A stretch of DNA of 64,000 nucleotides from Harriotta raleighana (Eukaryota), in NCBI GenBank assembly GCA_050575255.1, contig JBNZDD010013634.1, forward strand, positions 1,882,494 to 1,946,493. The letters run 5' to 3'. Under the pieces are notes generated by a model that was not told the DNA's origin, did no database searches, and worked only from the letters and a program-made list of their open reading frames with translations. Every line of letters begins with the position of its first letter. Position 1 is the first letter of the stretch. The translations under genes were made by a program, and so were the position numbers. Shown here in pieces: positions 61,863-64,000 of this stretch.

Positions 61863-63157
61863 GATTTGATGTAAGGTAAGACGGTGGAATCTTAAATTTC
61901 GAAGCTGGTTTGCCACAATTCTTTTGAAGTGGTGTCACAGGTTCTAGTCATCCCATTACATGCTGGATGACAACGTGAAGGAAATGGAACTATTCCCACA
62001 ACACACTCCATCAATGGGTAACCAGTCAGGGCGCAAAACTCGATTGACAGACCTTGAGTTCCTGGGGAAAGGGGAAGCACAGGGACTGGTTATGTTTGTT
62101 CCAGGTGCATGCAGCAGCTGAATCTTTGCATCAAGATCAGTACCAGTTAGATCCCGAGAGTAAAACATTCCATCTTATATATCTGAGTTCCTTTCAACAT
62201 GGCAGGTTGCTGGGGAAACACTGGGCAAGCGTTCATACAACCTTTAAAGATCAGACAATGAGAAGCTGGTAGCAAGCCTCAAGCTGGCATTGAGCCTGTA
62301 AGTTCCTGGCTGGTGGAGTGAGGGCTGTGCTGGTTGGTTGGCTCACCTTCGACTCGGTTTATTTATACAATGAGATGCAATGGTGCTACAATGACATAGA
62401 TAAAATGATACGAACTGATTCTATAGCACAGAATTCTTTCAAAAAGCGGGTGTAAATCATTGCGATGAACGCACCAAGGTGATCTTTGCCATCAGTTGGT
62501 GAATTATCAACCATTCAGCCTCTACTCTGGAATACCACCCTGTACTCCCACCATACTGTCCCCTTCTTCTCTCCCCTATTCTTTTCAACTGTACTTTAGG
62601 CCACCTTCTCCACCCTTCCTACCCCCACTAGGGATTCCCAGTCAACTCGTGTGAGGCCCTGTGAAGCATCCTCCTGACATGAAATATGCTATACAAATGT
62701 AAATCGTTTTACTCAAGCATAATAGAGTAACTGCATGAACTGTACCAGAAAAAAGCATCACACAATTAGATCTTAATCATTGTGAACATACGCACCACCA
62801 ATTGCCTGGGATGTGACTCACCACTCGACTGCCAGGAATCCAATGTTTCTTCCTTGGCAGCGGCAGGAGGAATGTTTGTGTTTATCAAATTGACATTGCA
62901 GTAAAATAGAAAGTTGTTTTCTATTTCAGGCCCCCGTGGTGTCAGCTGCAAGCACATAGAGGCAAAGGAAAGCTCCATTCACTCTGCCCTCACCAACATG
63001 TCAACCCAGGCGACAGTAGGGCACTGCCAACAGAAGCAATATGAACCATAATCTTTCCTGCACCAGCCGTCCTTGTGGTTTCTGACTGTCCATTTACCAT
63101 TGAACTATGGGTGGGATTGTGCTGCACACGCATGTTCACTAAAATGAGGCTGTTTAT

Positions 63158-63536
63158 AATAATGATATAATAATAATACGTGATATAGCACCTTATCACG
63201 TCTTGAAGATGTCTCAAAGCGTTTTACAGAACATACGATAAAGTGAACTGTATATTTTATGGGCAAAATGAAGCAGCCAAGCACTCACAGCAGTGTCCCA
63301 CAAACATTCATCAAATTTGAAACAGTACAAACAAAACAAACAGTAATCACTTTTTTTTTTGAAGGGATTATTATCCCCAGAAAAGCAATCCATCAATCGA
63401 CTAATACCTAGATTCCTACTTACTGCTAGATAAACAGAGGTGTGTGGATTAAGGAAATTACCTTAAAGTTTCACCTTGCCCGGGAATCAAACATGTGTCT
63501 TCTCACTTGCGAGGCGAGTTCTCAAACCACTGAGTT
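63158..63536 (-). mobile_element. tRNA-derived SINE with internal insertion
   Basis: Family tail, body and head (AACCACTGAG) in reverse orientation. Confidence 0.7.
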
Positions 63537-63554
63537 AAGGCCTTTGCCCCTTAC

Positions 63555-64000
63555 CACAGGCTGGTGAAAGCCTCATCCACAGTTTCATGATGTCGCAGCT
63601 TGACTATGCCAACCACCTGCTCACTGAATTTCCCAATTATTCCCTCCACAAACAGCAGATTATTCAGAACTCTGCAGATCGTGTCCTCTCCTGCACCAGG
63701 TTCAGAAACCTATCACCCCCATTCTTGCCCATCTTCACTAGCTCCCCATTCCTCAGAGAATCGAGTACAAAATCTTTGTACTTACCTTCAAGGCCCTCCA
63801 AAGTCTCTCTTCCCTCTATCTCTCTTATCAGCTCGTCCCCTCCCTCTGCTCGATGGACACTGACCTGTTTCGGCTAGGCACTTCCCACCCCACCATTGGT
63901 GGCCAGGCATCTCTGTCCCCACACTTTGGAACTCTATCCTGCAATTCCTCTGCCTCACTCCCTTTATTGCCTCCTTCAAGTCTTGTCTGAAGACCTTCCT
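63555..64000 (+). mobile_element. L2 LINE ORF2 C-terminal remnant, running off the window
   Basis: LIHSFMMSQLDYANHLL...QIIQNSADRV...PTLWNS...FKSCLKT. Confidence 0.85.

Noticed and set aside
62810-62900. Strong donor-like G|GTGAGT on the minus strand as the DENND2B first coding exon
   Set aside because: No nearby in-frame ATG in the required phase and no similarity to the ST5 N-terminus. It could be an AP-1 site or a non-coding exon, but this is unsupported.

Overview
Vertebrate genomic DNA, not prokaryotic. The repeat content (CR1 and L2 LINE fragments, tRNA-derived SINEs with L2-type tails, Deu-domain SINEs, palindromic Penelope-like relics) points to a cartilaginous fish, possibly a chimaera; this is inference. 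The window is dominated by DENND2B (ST5) on the minus strand. I traced 18 coding exons from 52490 down to the TAG stop at 1796-1798, all with GT-AG boundaries and matching phases (3352 coding nt, about 1116 aa). The short ATG-bearing first coding exon was not found and probably lies beyond 64000. At the left end, the last coding exon of RPL27A (+ strand, 430-558, missed by the ORF track) lies tail-to-tail with DENND2B, as in human 11p15. Most other ORFs in the track are repeat-derived or noise. Three near-identical tandem duplications joined by N gaps are probably assembly artefacts from uncollapsed haplotypes, and one of them duplicates an exon. The most interesting non-coding signals are palindromic Penelope-like elements, one with a near-complete minimal hammerhead ribozyme antisense to the host gene; a candidate solo LTR in the last intron; and a candidate internal promoter for the short p70-type isoform. 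I found no convincing wholly new biological system.
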